A stretch of 64,000 nucleotides of DNA from Octopus sinensis (Eukaryota). Positions 21,000 through 34,806 of this stretch are shown here, piece by piece. Where the stretch lies: assembly GCF_006345805.1 (NCBI RefSeq), contig NC_043000.1, positions 57,536,001 through 57,600,000 on the forward strand, in the 5' to 3' direction. Numbering within the stretch: position 1 is the first letter of the stretch; every line of letters starts with the position of its first letter. The notes under the pieces are model-generated. The model did no database searches and was not told where the DNA came from. It saw only the letters and a list, made by a program, of their open reading frames with translations. A program made the translations under genes and the position numbers.

Positions 21000-23900
21000 A
21001 TTAAGATGTTAAAGCCAAAGCAGAAAAAACACCTTCATAGGAAGAAGTAAATAAAATATAACACACACAATAAGAAACAACATAAATATATTCCCTGGAG
21101 AACAAACCATTGAAATTACCTACAATTTAGCAGAAATAAATAATGTTGATCTGACAGAACTTGAAGAAAAAATTAATGAATGGCTCTGAGTCCAAAATAT
21201 GGACATGAAGGAATGCAGTGACCTTCCTCAGATTTGCAATAGTAACAAAAAATGTCAAAATAATCTATCAGGCAGACATGGCCCTTAAGACTATTATAAA
21301 TGAGTTTGTCTATGCTGCTGCTGCTATAGTCTGCACCAAAATGTGTGACATAAAACTAAAAAATAAAGTGGTAAATAAAAAAGAAAAACAAGAAAAAAAT
21401 TCAAGAAACAAATCAATGCTCTCTGATAAGATATAGTAATACTGAAAAACTTAAGCAATAGCCATAACATAAAACTAGAAAGATAATGAAAAAAATATAA
21501 ATTAAAGTCTAAACACCAGTTTGCTGAAGTGATGGGGAAGATAAAACAAGCGCTCGCCAAAACTGCACAATTACACCATTTTGAAAAATAATCCAAGATA
21601 ACATTGTTTCCAAATAAGCCAAGGAATTTCTATAGGCACATTAGTTTGGTTTTCCTTTTGAGTCAAACTGACTCATAAGGGCCAGTTTCCTGGTTTCCAT
21701 GGCAATAATATTCCCCACTTGGACAGGTCACTGGTCCATCGCAGGATTACTTATTTTTGCCAGGTGAGTGGACTGGAGCAATATGAAATGAAGTGTTTTG
21801 CTCAAGAACACAACGTGTCATCTGGTCCAGGAACCAAATTCACAATCTCATGATCTAAAAGCTCAATACCCTAACCACTAAGACATGTACCTCTACTATG
21901 GGCACATTAGAAAGAGCACAATCAAAATAGAATCTCTCTTACCTCAGAATTCTGGAGTAAAATTCGGACAGATGAGAAGAAGCATAACTGTGATATCCCA
22001 TGGATTTTCAGACAAAACAAAATACAGCTTATAGAAGAGCAGATATGGGAAGAGATCAGTGAAGATGTCAGACTTACACTGAAAACGTCTAGTAAATGGA
22101 TATCACTTGGTAAGGTCAAGATCCCAAACTATTGACTTAAGTATCTTTACTAATTTGCATAAAATGCTAACTTATTGCATTAACAATGTAATTATGAAGG
22201 AACCACAAATGACCCCAATGGTATCACTTCTTTTGCTCCCTCAAAATGAGGAAACAAAAATCCCTAAGAACTACAGACCCATAACATACCTTTCAAAAGT
22301 GTACAAGATTCTTACTTCTGCCCTAATGGAATGCATGTATGCATTCCACATCATCAACATTTACCCTAATGAACCAAAAAGGCTGTAAATGTGGGCCATT
22401 TGGATGGTGGAGTCCACTGTTAATTAACAAAATGATTCTTGATGACTGCCACAACAAGAAAAAACATCTTTTAGTGACCTGGACAGACTACACAAAATGC
22501 ACAGATGGATTACTGGAATGCTCGGAGATATTCAAAATTTCATCAATAAATCAGGATTTTTTTTTATCTAACATCATGACATTAATTCCACAGACACAAC
22601 AAATGCAATCTTTGGAGAAGTTAATATTAATTGTGGAATCTTTCAAGAAGACTCATTACCTCCTTTGCCATTCTATTTAGCACTGTATCCCCTAGACCCT
22701 GAATGAAACAAATTATGGTTACAAGATGTATGGAAAACCCATCAATTATCTTCTCTACATGAATGACTTGCAAAAATTGATCGACAACTGCAAGCATTCC
22801 TTCACATAATCAAACAATTTAGTGATATCAAAATAGAATTTGGGCTTGACAAATGCGCCAAGGCTGCATTTGGTAAGGGAAAACTATAAAATACATGCAA
22901 CGTCACCCTAGAGATACTAAAATAAAGAATTAGAACCTGAGGGCAGTTATAAGTATCTAAGCGTCTGTAAAGGAGATGGAATTAAAAACTAAATAATGAG
23001 AGAAAAGATAAGCAAGGAGTGCTATCGTAGAGTAAGAGTTATCCTGAGTTGAGTGTCAAAAACAAAATTGAGGCCATAAACATACAGACTATGCTTGTAA
23101 CCATATACTAATTCAATGTTATAAACTGGTCTACCTTTGCGGTCAAAATCTGAAAGCTGATAACAATCCATCACCACAAAGTAGAGACAGACTGAATAGA
23201 TCTTCCAAGAAAAGAAGGCAGTTAGGAAGTGAATACAATCTCAAATATCATCGAAAATTGCAACCACAAAGCTCTCAGCCTACCTGCAACAAGCAAATGA
23301 CTGGATGTAAAGCATGACGATAACAAAAAATTGCACTCATTGAAGGAAAACACAAAAATATACCTTCAAGAAATGCAGCTAGATGAATCAGTGTCCAAAG
23401 AAAATGTGTCCCCAACTGACAAGGCAAAACAAATAAAAAATATAGCCAAACAAACCAGCCTTCAATACACTAAGGAGAAATGGAGGCAAAAAACCACTGC
23501 ATGGCAAATACCCAATTAAAGTCAGGAACCTTCATGTAGACCAAACCCTTACCCATCAGTGGGGTTGACATGCTCTGGTCTCAAACCAGAAAATGAAGAC
23601 TGTATTATTCCTGCTCAGGATTAATGCCTTCCAACTAATGAATTATTAAAGTAATATTCTGAAACATGAAAGCAATCCATCATGATGTGTATGCTGAGAA
23701 CATTCAGAGAGACAACTGATTGCATAATCTCTGGATGCTTGTAAAGACATGACTGGGTGGCTCAGTACATCCACTGATCAATATACTGCACATGCAACCT
23801 CTCACACTAAGATAATAGGTGGGAACACAAGCTGCCACAAGTTGTTCAGAATGAAGAAGTTACTGCCTTTTGGAATTTCAGAGTTCTGACTGTTTGGGAA

Positions 23901-24345
23901 ATACAGACAATCTTTTGATTGATGTTGCAGTCCCAGCTGACAAAAAAAAAAAAAAACAACTCTGAAAACATTTGAGAAATTGAGCACATATAAGACCTTG
24001 GAGATTAAAATCAGAAGAATGTGGCATCTCAAAGCAACAGTATTACCTATTGCTACCAGGGCGTTGGAAGGAGATCAAAAGGAGCAAACAAATATGTAGT
24101 CCAAATTCCTGGTGAATTGCAAAAGATCATACTTATGGGTACATCACATATTTTATGTAAATTCCTTTCTTGTAAATGCAATCTTACTCATTCAGTATTA
24201 TTAATTTTTTCTCTAACACACAAGTATTAGTTTTTTCAATTGCATGGCATTTCATCTCTTAGCATCTTTAGATGTAAAATCTCATTGTCTCTTGACATCT
24301 CTGGTTCAGAATCAGGTGCAGCTTGTATAAGTAAAGCCAAAACAC
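21000..24345 (+). mobile_element. Highly decayed R4/Dong-like non-LTR retrotransposon (RT plus C-terminal restriction-like endonuclease)
   Basis: Broken motifs in order: PKNYRPIT, QKGC..LLINKMILDD, GIFQEDSL, LLYMNDL, IEFGLDKC, LKPENED..IPAQD, LWDF, EKLSTYKTLEI..MWHL, ELQKIILMGTSHIL. Many stops and frameshifts; interrupted by a SINE at ~21650-21900. Confidence 0.75.
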
Positions 24346-26062
24346 AACCTATTATAGGCACAAGGCCTGAAATTTGGTGAGATAGAGTAAGTCAATTACA
24401 TTGACTCCAGTGTTTCACTGGTACTTAATTTATCGACCCTGAAACAATGAAAGCAAAGTCAACTTTGGTGGAATTTGAACTCAGAACATAAAGATGGATG
24501 AAATGCCGCTAAGCATTTTCCCTGGTATGCTAATGATTCAGTCAGCTCATTGCCTTAATAACAATAATCCTTTCTACGATAGGTACAAGGCCTAACATTT
24601 TGGGGGAAGGGCTAAGTCAATTACACTGACCCCAGTGTTTCACTGGTACCTAATTTATCAATCCCAAAAGAATGAAAGGCAAAGTCAACCTTAACAGAAT
24701 TTTAACTCTGAACGTATCGATGGACGAAATGCCACTATGCATTTCCCCTGGCATGCTAATGATTCTGCCAGCTTGCCACCTTAAGAGTTGCCAGCAGATG
24801 ACTGCAGAGAATTGAACACTGTATCTCTCTGATGCCAGCTGTACCATTCAGCTAAGCAGCCTCTGACAAAAGTCAAAACATAATAATGATAATAATAATC
24901 AGCATCATTGTTTTAACATGTTGGCATGGATGGACAAGACTTCTCCAAGCAGTATTCTGCAGCTGGATGCCCTTTGAGCCGTCATCCTTGCTTTTCAATT
25001 ATGGTATCTCTTATTTTATTGTGTTAAAGATTTTGACTGTCATCGGTTTTCTTCAACAGTTAAGGACACATAATAACAAGCAGAATAATATTATAGATAA
25101 TTATCAGAAATCATCATCAGTATTATTATTAAAGTTTTTAAAATGTCTCAAAGCCAAAGAAGGAATTTCTTTGACTTGCTACAAATAGCAGCCAATGTTC
25201 ATTCAAATCAAATAGTTTCAGTAAAGATATAACATTAATTTTTGTTTCAATAAATATGAGGTAAGAAGGATACAATGACCAGTTACTAACATACAACAAA
25301 ACACAAGCCAATATTGGAATCTCTACTTAGTCACTCAGTTAACTAAAAAGAGCAATCAAATACTTCAATCACACCCTACTATGTTAAAAAAAATGAAGGA
25401 ATTTGGAGTGTTTTTGATCACTGATCAGCTCAATTAGGGCTGATATGGGGCTAAATAGGAACACCAACAATATAACAGAAAACCTTCTGTAGGTGTGGGC
25501 TCATTTTTGTGTCATTACTTCTATTATAAAGACTAGTAGAAAGACTGCCCTCCAGGCAGTTTTTCTGCTAGTCAAATCTGGAGTGTGTGTGTTTATATTA
25601 CAGAGACAGTATGTGTGTGAGTTTGTGTGTTTATATTAGAGAGATAGAGTCTGTGTGAGAGAGAGAGACAGAGCATTGCAAACAATGAATGAACTAGACA
25701 TTCAATAAACTTCAGAAATCAAAATTACAGGAAATTTCTGGGAACATGAATTTATAAAAAAATTTCTCCATCATAATATAGATAGAAGATAGATAATATA
25801 GATAGATATTAAAAATTAAAATATGCCTTTTGACTCATAATGAAATTTTGAAAGCTACTTAGCTTCCTCTTACAATACACAATATTACAAAACTGAATTT
25901 TGTTTTTTATTTTGCAGAAAATTTGGAAGAATGAAAAAAAGAAAATGCAAGCACTAAAGTAGATATCAATATAAAAACTCAACATCTTTTAGCAGATACA
26001 GTCCAAGTATTTCCAAGAGGCCTTGCAGTATAATTTGATTCCTCATCATTAGACTATTCAAC

Positions 26063-26977
26063 ATGTTGATCCAAAGAATTATCAAAAACTATGAATACCT
26101 GCATCACAGACTGTTGCGGATATCCATTATTCTAAATCTCTTGGTGCAGATGCTTGTTGTCAACTACCAGTTGGTATATTACAAAGAAACACCGACATAT
26201 TGGTGTCTGCTGATAGCAGATAGTATATACTTAGCTCTGTTTATTGTTCATATTCACTTTACCTATAAAAAACATTTTGAAGGCTATGAGTTACCAAATC
26301 ATGAGTTTAAACAAAATTTTCCCTTTGGACCACTCACTTGGGTGATTTATGCAATGGTTTTATCAAGTAAACTGATAGTGGTTTTCACTTCCTTTGCAGC
26401 AGAGATGGAAGATGAAACTGGAATCTATAGTGCAAATGCACTGAGAGCTATGTTTGGTCTGACAGCAGTTGTATTCTTCTTGCTGCTGATGTCTCACGTA
26501 CATCACACTACACCTGATAGACTGAAAACATTTATATATACAGTTGGAGCTACAGTGCCTATAGATTTATTAGATACAATGGATATTATGGAGTTATTGT
26601 ATGAAGAAGAAAAAACAAGACGAATATCAGAAGGTATGGTATATATGATATTGGTGATAATCGTTGTCAATCTAATGATACCAATGTTCCCATGTACCAT
26701 TCTCTATATTCAAGAGTTTGGAAGTAAACATATTTTTGTACATTTAATGATTGCGCAAAAAGTGGTCCAAATTTTTATCATTAACTTACTGTTCATGTCC
26801 ATTCGACTGATTCTGTGGCAACAATTTGGTGAAGGATTTTCAGCTTTCATTATTAAAAATATCTTAGTTATGGGAATATTATCATATGATCTGTTTCGTA
26901 TTTGTAAAGAAAAGGCAGAGGATGAACAGAGGGAAGAACCAGTAGTTAATTACAAAGAAGGAGAAGTCCATATGTAA
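26063..26977 (+). CDS. CECR6/TMEM121-family multi-pass membrane protein, 304 aa, uninterrupted coding exon
   Basis: ATG-started 304-aa ORF with about 7 hydrophobic segments. Motifs ADSIYL, TWVIYAMVLSSKLIVVF and VPIDLLDTMDI parallel human TMEM121 GDVCFL, LWFLYIFVLEIKLYFIF and VALDLLDLLDM (comparison from memory). Splice acceptor TTTTGCAG at 25917. Confidence 0.8.
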   Translation: MLIQRIIKNYEYLHHRLLRISIILNLLVQMLVVNYQLVYYKETPTYWCLLIADSIYLALFIVHIHFTYKKHFEGYELPNHEFKQNFPFGPLTWVIYAMVLSSKLIVVFTSFAAEMEDETGIYSANALRAMFGLTAVVFFLLLMSHVHHTTPDRLKTFIYTVGATVPIDLLDTMDIMELLYEEEKTRRISEGMVYMILVIIVVNLMIPMFPCTILYIQEFGSKHIFVHLMIAQKVVQIFIINLLFMSIRLILWQQFGEGFSAFIIKNILVMGILSYDLFRICKEKAEDEQREEPVVNYKEGEVHM

Positions 26978-29900
26978 TCTCTGCCCATCACTAAGTATAT
27001 TTCATTGATTGCTTGCTTTCAAACAGAAAAAGCTTGATTTTCCTTCTTGAAAAAGAATTATCTGTGACTGTTATTTTAAATTGCCTGCTTTCTTAATAAT
27101 ATGCGTTACTTAGATATATCCTCTTTCTCCATTAAAAGTCTCAAACAAAAAAATCTATCATTCATACACATGAAATCACACAAACAAGATACTAAGGTGT
27201 CATGATTGAAAGCGAGTTACTTTAAATGTGTCCTCCTTTAAATAACTTCACGTCTCATAATACTTTCACCATGTAAGTAATTGAATTAATGTTTGGTGTT
27301 CTGGGTTGAAGAGTAAAAGAAATCTGTAACTTGGATTTAAACCAGCCATTTCTGGCCAAAATATTCTACTTGTTTTATGTTCAAACTGGTCACCTACTTT
27401 ACAATATCATTCTGAAAATTAACAATTACTTCATCAAAATTTCAAAGCTACAAGATAATGCATGATTAGTTCAAAAGAATGTGAATAAATAAACCTTCCC
27501 TTTGACAGAATATTGTGAATGCTAAATGGTTAAAGAACTACTGCAAGATGAGATATTGAAAACAAAGATACACATGACTCAACAAGAATTGAATTGGCAC
27601 CTTTCATAATAACACAGAAAAGAAATGTTAACCAGGAAGATACAGTTAGGCATCTACTTCATGAATATAAACAGAGAAAGTAATATGAGAGCTATAAATT
27701 ACTTGTGACATTGCAATAGAAAATTCATCTTATGCAAATATAAAAGACATTATTAGTGTTGCTGTTCCAAAATAACAGTACCACAATAATTTCCTAAAAT
27801 GATTGGAGAAGAGAATCGTATAAAAAGCTACTCATGGGAATGACTGCCTCTGCTGGAAAAAAACCCCAAAGATATCAGAGTGGCAATGAATAATGCAACC
27901 AGAGTTTTAAATATAAGGAATACTAGCAGGAATACTGCTGCTATCTTATGAGATAGTGAAGAGAATATAAATTGTTGCAAAGGGATCTGACAAAAATGCT
28001 ATATCTGAAGCTAAGGAGGAGAATTGCAAATTATTGCAAAATTGCAGTTACTGTACAATTACTGAAATCAATGTCTAAATTCATGTTGATGCTAAAGAAG
28101 AGAATCATAATTTTTCATGTAGCAAAAAAAAAAGACAAAGGAAAAACTTTCAAAGATTTTAAGTGTTACTGAAACATTATAAACCAACAGTTGGGAAGGA
28201 AAAAATGAAATATGATTCTCAAGTGACTTCTTCCTCTTCTTCACACACATCTCATCATTATCCATTACACAAAGATTTGTATGCCACTACCCTATAAAAT
28301 ATAACCCTTTGAAAATGTATTGCTGAATACTCATATATCAAATAACATTGCCATGATATCTCAAAACAAATATTAACATATAGTTCGTGATTGGATTTTA
28401 CATACAGCTTCCAAAGATTTCAACACATTTCAGTAACTTTCCCAAAATGTTTAACAAATAACTAATGTAGTTTTAATTAGATGTCCTTGAAATTAGTTTA
28501 CACTGTGATAAACTTGCATGTTCAGATAATCATAAAGGATTCTGTAACAAATCTTATTGTTTTATAACCCACAAATATGGAAATACACACTGGTTTAGTG
28601 AGAAATACTAAGTCAAACTTCAACATTAACTGAGCATAGAAAGAAAGGAGCACGATACAACTTTGTGTCTTGGAAAACAACATACAATCAAAAGAATTAA
28701 ACTATATGTTTATCACAGAATAAACTGACATTTAAAAGAAAATGTGGTATATCACTGTTATATTTACTATAGACAATATTAATGCATGGTTGTAAAACAA
28801 GTTCAAATCGTGTTTATACAGAGATTTGCTTAAAATATATTTCAAAATCGCCTTTGATATTGCATGTACACTAAATCCATTTACAACTGTAACAAAAGTA
28901 TTTGCAGAAGGTGAATCCTAAGTAAACAATGGAGAAAGATTTTCTTTCAGGTTATTTACTAAAGACTATGACTTCTTGAATAATCAAAGGATCTAGTTCA
29001 TGAGAAGTTTTCAGTCAGATAAACATCGAATCAATTTTGTAAAATCAGTTTCTCCTCTACAACCTATTTATTATTTTGGAAAGAATTTTATATTTATCAC
29101 AGTTGTTAAAAACACAGAGCCGAAGATACAGCAGAAAAGAAATGTGAATAATAAAGAATTTTTGTAATGCTTCTGAATTTTGTTTCTGTTCCTCGAGAGT
29201 GAGATAGACTTCACAGATTAGAGAACAGAAATAAGAAGAAGAGATTTATGTAGTAGCAGAGACAAGTCACTGAGAGTATATGGCTGGATAAAGTGATGTG
29301 CTTGGACTATATTGTGGAGTGAAAGATTGACAAGCAAATAGATTGCTTTGTGTTTTTTGTATTTTTGTTGGGGAAGGGATGTTAGGTTAGTAACTGTTAA
29401 GGCTCAAAAGAGGGACCTTAACCCTGAGCAAAATGTGAGGTCATTGCAGGTCATGTGGTTTAGCATTAGGAACATTATCATTACAAGTTTTTTTTTTTAT
29501 GCTACCATGTCTCAGATGAGTCTTCAGTTAACTTCTGATATAAGGGTAAAGTAAATACAAGGTTTCTAGCAGCTACACAGGGTAAACAATTTGATAGTAA
29601 ATCAACTTAGATTGTTTAGCATCTATTTTCAGCTACACAAACAATGCTAGCCATAGCAAAGCCTTAAAGAATTGTGTTTTGTTGGGCAGAGCATAATGTT
29701 TCAACTAACAGCGGCTATCATTGTAAGTTCACATACACTGTCTGCCCTGGATAAATTCTTAAGTGAATTTTTATTTTAGTATGATAAACTATGATCTTTT
29801 TAATAAATAAATAAAAGCAGCCATTTTGCTTCCATTATCCATTCACATCACACTGCAATAAACTTCTTATGTCAACCCTTCTAAGAGAGTTTGTTTTCTA

Positions 29901-31997
29901 TTTCATTCAATTTATGGTTCAAAACTCTTCACATTAGTTTATTTACTTCCTGTTCTCATTTGAGCACAATTTCCTTCTGAGAATCACATTTAGCATCAAA
30001 CAGATTATAACCTGTCTAACAGAGAATCTTTAGCTTTCACTGCTTGATACTTACAATATGACTTGTCACATAGTGTACCATTTGATATGAAGACAGAACT
30101 TCATATTCAGTAAGGACAAAAGTTGCTTAAATTCCAAACATTTGAGAAGAATATCTTTCTCCTCAACCATATACACTGATTCTAATTACTGCATGTGCTT
30201 GATTCAGACGTAGAATACTGAAAAGTGTACCCTCTTGTGCTTTAGTGACAGATTTTCTGTATTTGTAAGCTGTAGAGATTAAAGTATTTCTAATGTAGTT
30301 TACGCTGCCTGAAGGTTATCACTAGCCTACCATTTCTATTGATATGAGAGAGAGAGAGAGAGGTTTCAAGTAGGATTAAGTTTAAATAATATCAAGTCAG
30401 CTTAAGAAGCAGCTAGAAACATTACTCATTAAAATAGAGAATATGGAGATATTTTTTAATGGCCTAATCAAGGGAGAAATGATAGCATACTCATTACCCT
30501 TTGTAGGATCTCAGACTGGTGAAGGAAATTATGAGACCAGAGGCCCGGCCTGGATGCTTATAAATATAGTGGACTCCACTAAAGACATCCCAAGAGCCAG
30601 TTGGTAGTAGTGTTAAACAGAGTGATGGATTAAATGCACCACTTGAAAGTGAAAACAGGAGCCTCACTCATGGGTTTCTCCCATTTTCCATCTAGATTTC
30701 ATCTACAAGATCTTAACTGACTCAAGCTATGATGGAAGACACTTATCAAGATGATGTACAATGGAATTGGACATGAAACGATGTAGTTGCTTTCATTTAA
30801 CTGCTATTTCCAGTTTGTCATTTAGAAGCTCTTTGTAGGGAAAATAAAGCAAAATGAGGTATATATTGAGTTCTACTACAGACATAGGGCTTCAAATTTA
30901 GGAGAAGGGTTCAAGCGCTAAACTGGTTCTTTATTTTATTAATCCTCGAAAACTGAAAGATAATGTTGACTATGGCCAGATTTGAATGGATTATATATTA
31001 AAGTAGCACGTCTTAAACTGTTTCCATTCATGACCCCATTTTTCATCACAAGATTTTTTGCAACCCCAGGTATTAAATATGCATTTGTGAAATAACATAT
31101 AAAATGAAATTCAAGTGTTTGAATTTAATTTTTGCGACCCATAGTTTAAGAAGCGCTGTGTTAGAGAGTCACCATGTAGATAATTACATAAGTTTGTTTT
31201 TCTTAAATAGACCCACATGGCAGCAACAATTAAAACAGATCCTCACTTGACCACCCTTGCAGATAATATGAACAAAGTACTTTCAAAACAAAATCAATTG
31301 CTATATTTTGCTTTGAATTTTTAGTTGTTTCTGTAACATGTCTTAGATAAGATATTCTATTTTGTGAGTAATTATGGAATAGATCAATATGATAAAAATA
31401 ACGAAGCAACTAATCAATTTACATGCTATCTCTTGCTTCTTGCACCAATGAACTGTGCTTCCTTGAATATCTATTTACAACTAAATGGATTGAGTTAGCA
31501 TCATCATTTTTACATCTACATTTACATGCTTGCAACAATAAATTTTCTCTAGTATAGTGTTTTGCCATTTGTTGTATTTCATCTCCTTTGAAAGGTTCAG
31601 CCTAATGAGATTAGCTTTCATCACTTCTTCCCATGTCTTTCTCTTTTGAAAATTCTCCCTACTTAAATCAACTGATTTTTTTTTACTCTGCAGTTATTGT
31701 CTTCCATATGAACCACAAGTTTGTATCAGCATTGTCTTCTCTCTTGCATGATACATCTGATTCCCTATTGAAAGAGGATTTGAGCACATATCTGTAATGT
31801 CAACAGTAACTTATGCAGTAACAGTTGTGTGATCTACCTCTATTTGATGTTTATTTTTAACTACATAAAATGAATTAGCTGGAATTAAGTATCTATATAA
31901 GAGACAGCGTAGTGCTGATGATGGTATAATAGACAATAACTCCTCTACTAGTAGGCTAACAATTTGACTCCTAACTCTTAACTCAATGGTTGATAAT

Positions 31998-32716
31998 GAT
32001 AAGCATCGGATGTGGCATGCAAGAGAGATGTTAGTGCAGGTATGGTCATGTACTACAGATGGATAAGGAGAGATGTGTGAAGTGCCACTCCCAAACAGTT
32101 GAAGGAATCAAGGGTAGAGGTAGATCCAGGAAGACATGGGATGAGGTGGTCAAGCATGACCATTGAACATTGGGCCTCACAGAGGCAATGCCGAAAGACT
32201 GAGATCTCTGGACATATGCTGTGACTGCGAAGACCCGACAAATAACGTGAGTTCATGGCTGTTTCCTGCACCAGCTTCACATAGCAGCCCCAGCCCATCC
32301 AAAGTACCTTAGATCACAGGACGGCCTACTGTGCTTACTTTGGATCGTAGGGCGACCTGCTGTGCTTGAGGAGACCTATTGAGTCAAGTACATCAACATC
32401 AAAATAAAAATCAAATGGAAATTGTAGTTGTGATACCTGTGCCAGTGGCACGTAAAAAGCACCATTTGAATGTGGCTGATGCCAGCGCTGCCTTGACTGG
32501 CTTCCATGCCGGTGGCACGTAAACAGCACCAACTGATCATGACTGTTGACAGCCTCCCCTGGCACCTGTGCCGGTAGTACGTAAAAAGCACCCACTATAC
32601 TCATGGAGTGGTTGGGGTTAGGAAAGGCATCCAGCTGTAGAAACACTGCCAGATCAGACTGGAGCCTGGTGCAGCCTCCTGGCTTCCCAGACACTGGTCA
32701 AACTGTCCAACCCATC
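31998..32716 (+). mobile_element. RTE LINE 3' fragment (ORF end plus 3' UTR)
   Basis: Same sequence family as 39600-40270 (encodes GRGRSRKTWDEVVKHD). Confidence 0.85.
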
Positions 32717-32814
32717 ATTTTGGTTCCTATTGCATTTTGTAATCTATTTCAATATGAGAAAAATATAATTTGTGCATTTATTACGAGAGAGAAACTGAAA
32801 AAATATTTACTAAC

Positions 32815-32922
32815 CTTGGCATTTTCAAAGACTGAAAAAACATGTGTATACATATCAGATTGGTCTAATATCACTTTGTTTGAACGTTGATATGGATCAG
32901 GCCGGCTGGAGATATCAACGGA
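32815..32922 (-). CDS. RMC1: RMC1 (C18orf8/MIC1) coding exon, last one found
   Basis: TTTAG|...|GTTAGT, phase 0-0; SVDISSRPDPYQRSNKVILDQSDMYTHVFSVFENAK vs human AVLDQSDVYTHVLSAF. Confidence 0.9.
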
Positions 32923-33713
32923 CTAAACATGAGAAAAAAAGAAGAAAAAAACTATAAGCTAACAAACTGCCACACCAACTTAGTACATTCTTTTTTAATA
33001 TTTAAAAAAATATCCAATATACTTTTCAATTATGTAATCACATGAAAAAAAAATTCCTTTGTTAGAATCTTAGAATCAACATTTCCCAAAGATTAAGTTC
33101 ACAACTATGCAAATAATCTAGAACCTAAGTTAATGAAGGAATCATTAAGTGATCATTAAGCCTGTGAGAAATGGCAGTCAATTCTGAAACTTAAGTCTAT
33201 CTTAGAAAAAGAAGAATACATTACATAATGTAGTCCTTGATACACTATGTCTGAGACAAAAAGATTGGATGTTCATGGATAGAATATTTTTGATTATAGA
33301 TGTGTCTGATCAGAGACGACTTTGGGTTAAACAACAATAACTCAGCACTTACAAGCTTATACACACACAACTATGCCACAATATGTCTTGGATAAATCCT
33401 ATGAGTATACATTTTACTCTACTATAACCAACTAAACCATTGCTCTAGTTTCCAATAAAAACAAATATTATTTCCTGTTATCACTTGTTTGCAAACATTT
33501 TTATTTTAGCTTATTCTGATTGAAGGCTCCACTTCTAGATTCTGTTCAGGAAATCACATGTCAAAATTCACAGAGACGAACAACAGGCAGTAAGTGTAAC
33601 TAAACAGGCTTCCAAGTGAAGTCAATCTGACCTGAAGCAACACTGTCAGTCAGTTCTAACAGTTTATGATTTTTGTAATGTGTTTGCCCATACACAGACA
33701 CACACTTATGTCT

Positions 33714-33752
<39 letters not shown>

Positions 33753-34004
33753 AGTGTTTCTTCCCCAGAAAAATCATATAACAAATATAACTCCAAGATA
33801 GTATGGGTAAGGACATGTTTACATCTTTCCAAAGTCTGTTTATGGTTTAATGGAAAAAATTACAATCAACAATTGAATTACAGTCACAGGCTTGACATGT
33901 TAGAATTGTTTCACACCACTGCATATGTAAATAAAAATTATTCAAACACATACGTTATCTCGCTGCCGCGAGTCATGGCAGTTTGTCATGGCCAATGAGG
34001 GTGG

Positions 34005-34468
34005 AAGATATTAAGCGACTAGAATCCTTTGATCACCTCTGTCTACGCCACATCCTTTGTGTTCGATGGCATCACTTTGTCTCCAACAATTCGGTGCGAC
34101 ACCAGTGCAGAATCACCTCCCTCTGACAAGTCATCCTAACGAGATGTCTGCGTTGGCTGGGTCATGCCCTCCGTTGTCAACCAGGAGAATTCATCTACGA
34201 AGCAATTGCCCCAGCTCCCCTTCAGAGTTGGCGAAAGCGATGTGGTGGACAATGATAAACCTGGCTGATGACAATCAAGGCTGATCTGGAACCCAACCTA
34301 AGCCTCCATATCTACGCATTTGCCGCTGGAATAAGGAGTGGTTGGAGATCACGTGGTCGTTAGCCTCAAATCGCCAGGCCTGGTCAGCGTTTGTGAGAGA
34401 TGCAGCATTGAGGATGAATGAAGCCAGCTCAACCCACCCCGGGTGAATGCTGTCAAGTCAGTCAAGTC
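34005..34468 (+). mobile_element. Second RTE-like LINE family, 3' fragment with a CAAGT-type tail
   Basis: Translates as EDIKRLESFDHLCLRHIL..LRWLGHALR..TWLMTIKADL..NRQAWSAFVRD with stops; ends CAAGTCAGTCAAGTC. Confidence 0.75.
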
Positions 34469-34626
34469 ATATGTTATCTCCAATAATTTATTTAAACATG
34501 AATAATCACAAAAACTATCCAACCAAAGCTAGTATATAAAAATAGAATCAATTTTCTTTAAATTAAATGTACACTTGATTGACAATGCAAAATTACAACT
34601 GCAGCTGAAGAAAAATGTTTACTTAC

Positions 34627-34806
34627 ATGTACAAGATATTGTGTTTCAGCTTCTTGATAATTTTTATAAACATCATTTAGCATATCATAGATTTGTGCGA
34701 TTGTGACAAGAGTGGCTTGGTGGCCAGGAATTAACATTTGTCGACATACTGACAATAATACCAATTTGCTGTCTTTCCGCAACACTAAGAACTCTATCAG
34801 TTTCAA
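34627..34806 (-). CDS. RMC1: RMC1 coding exon
   Basis: TTCCAG|...|GTAAGT, phase 0-0; LKLIEFLVLRKDSKLVLLSVCRQML vs human LMDFLLQRKECKMVILSVCSQML. Confidence 0.9.
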
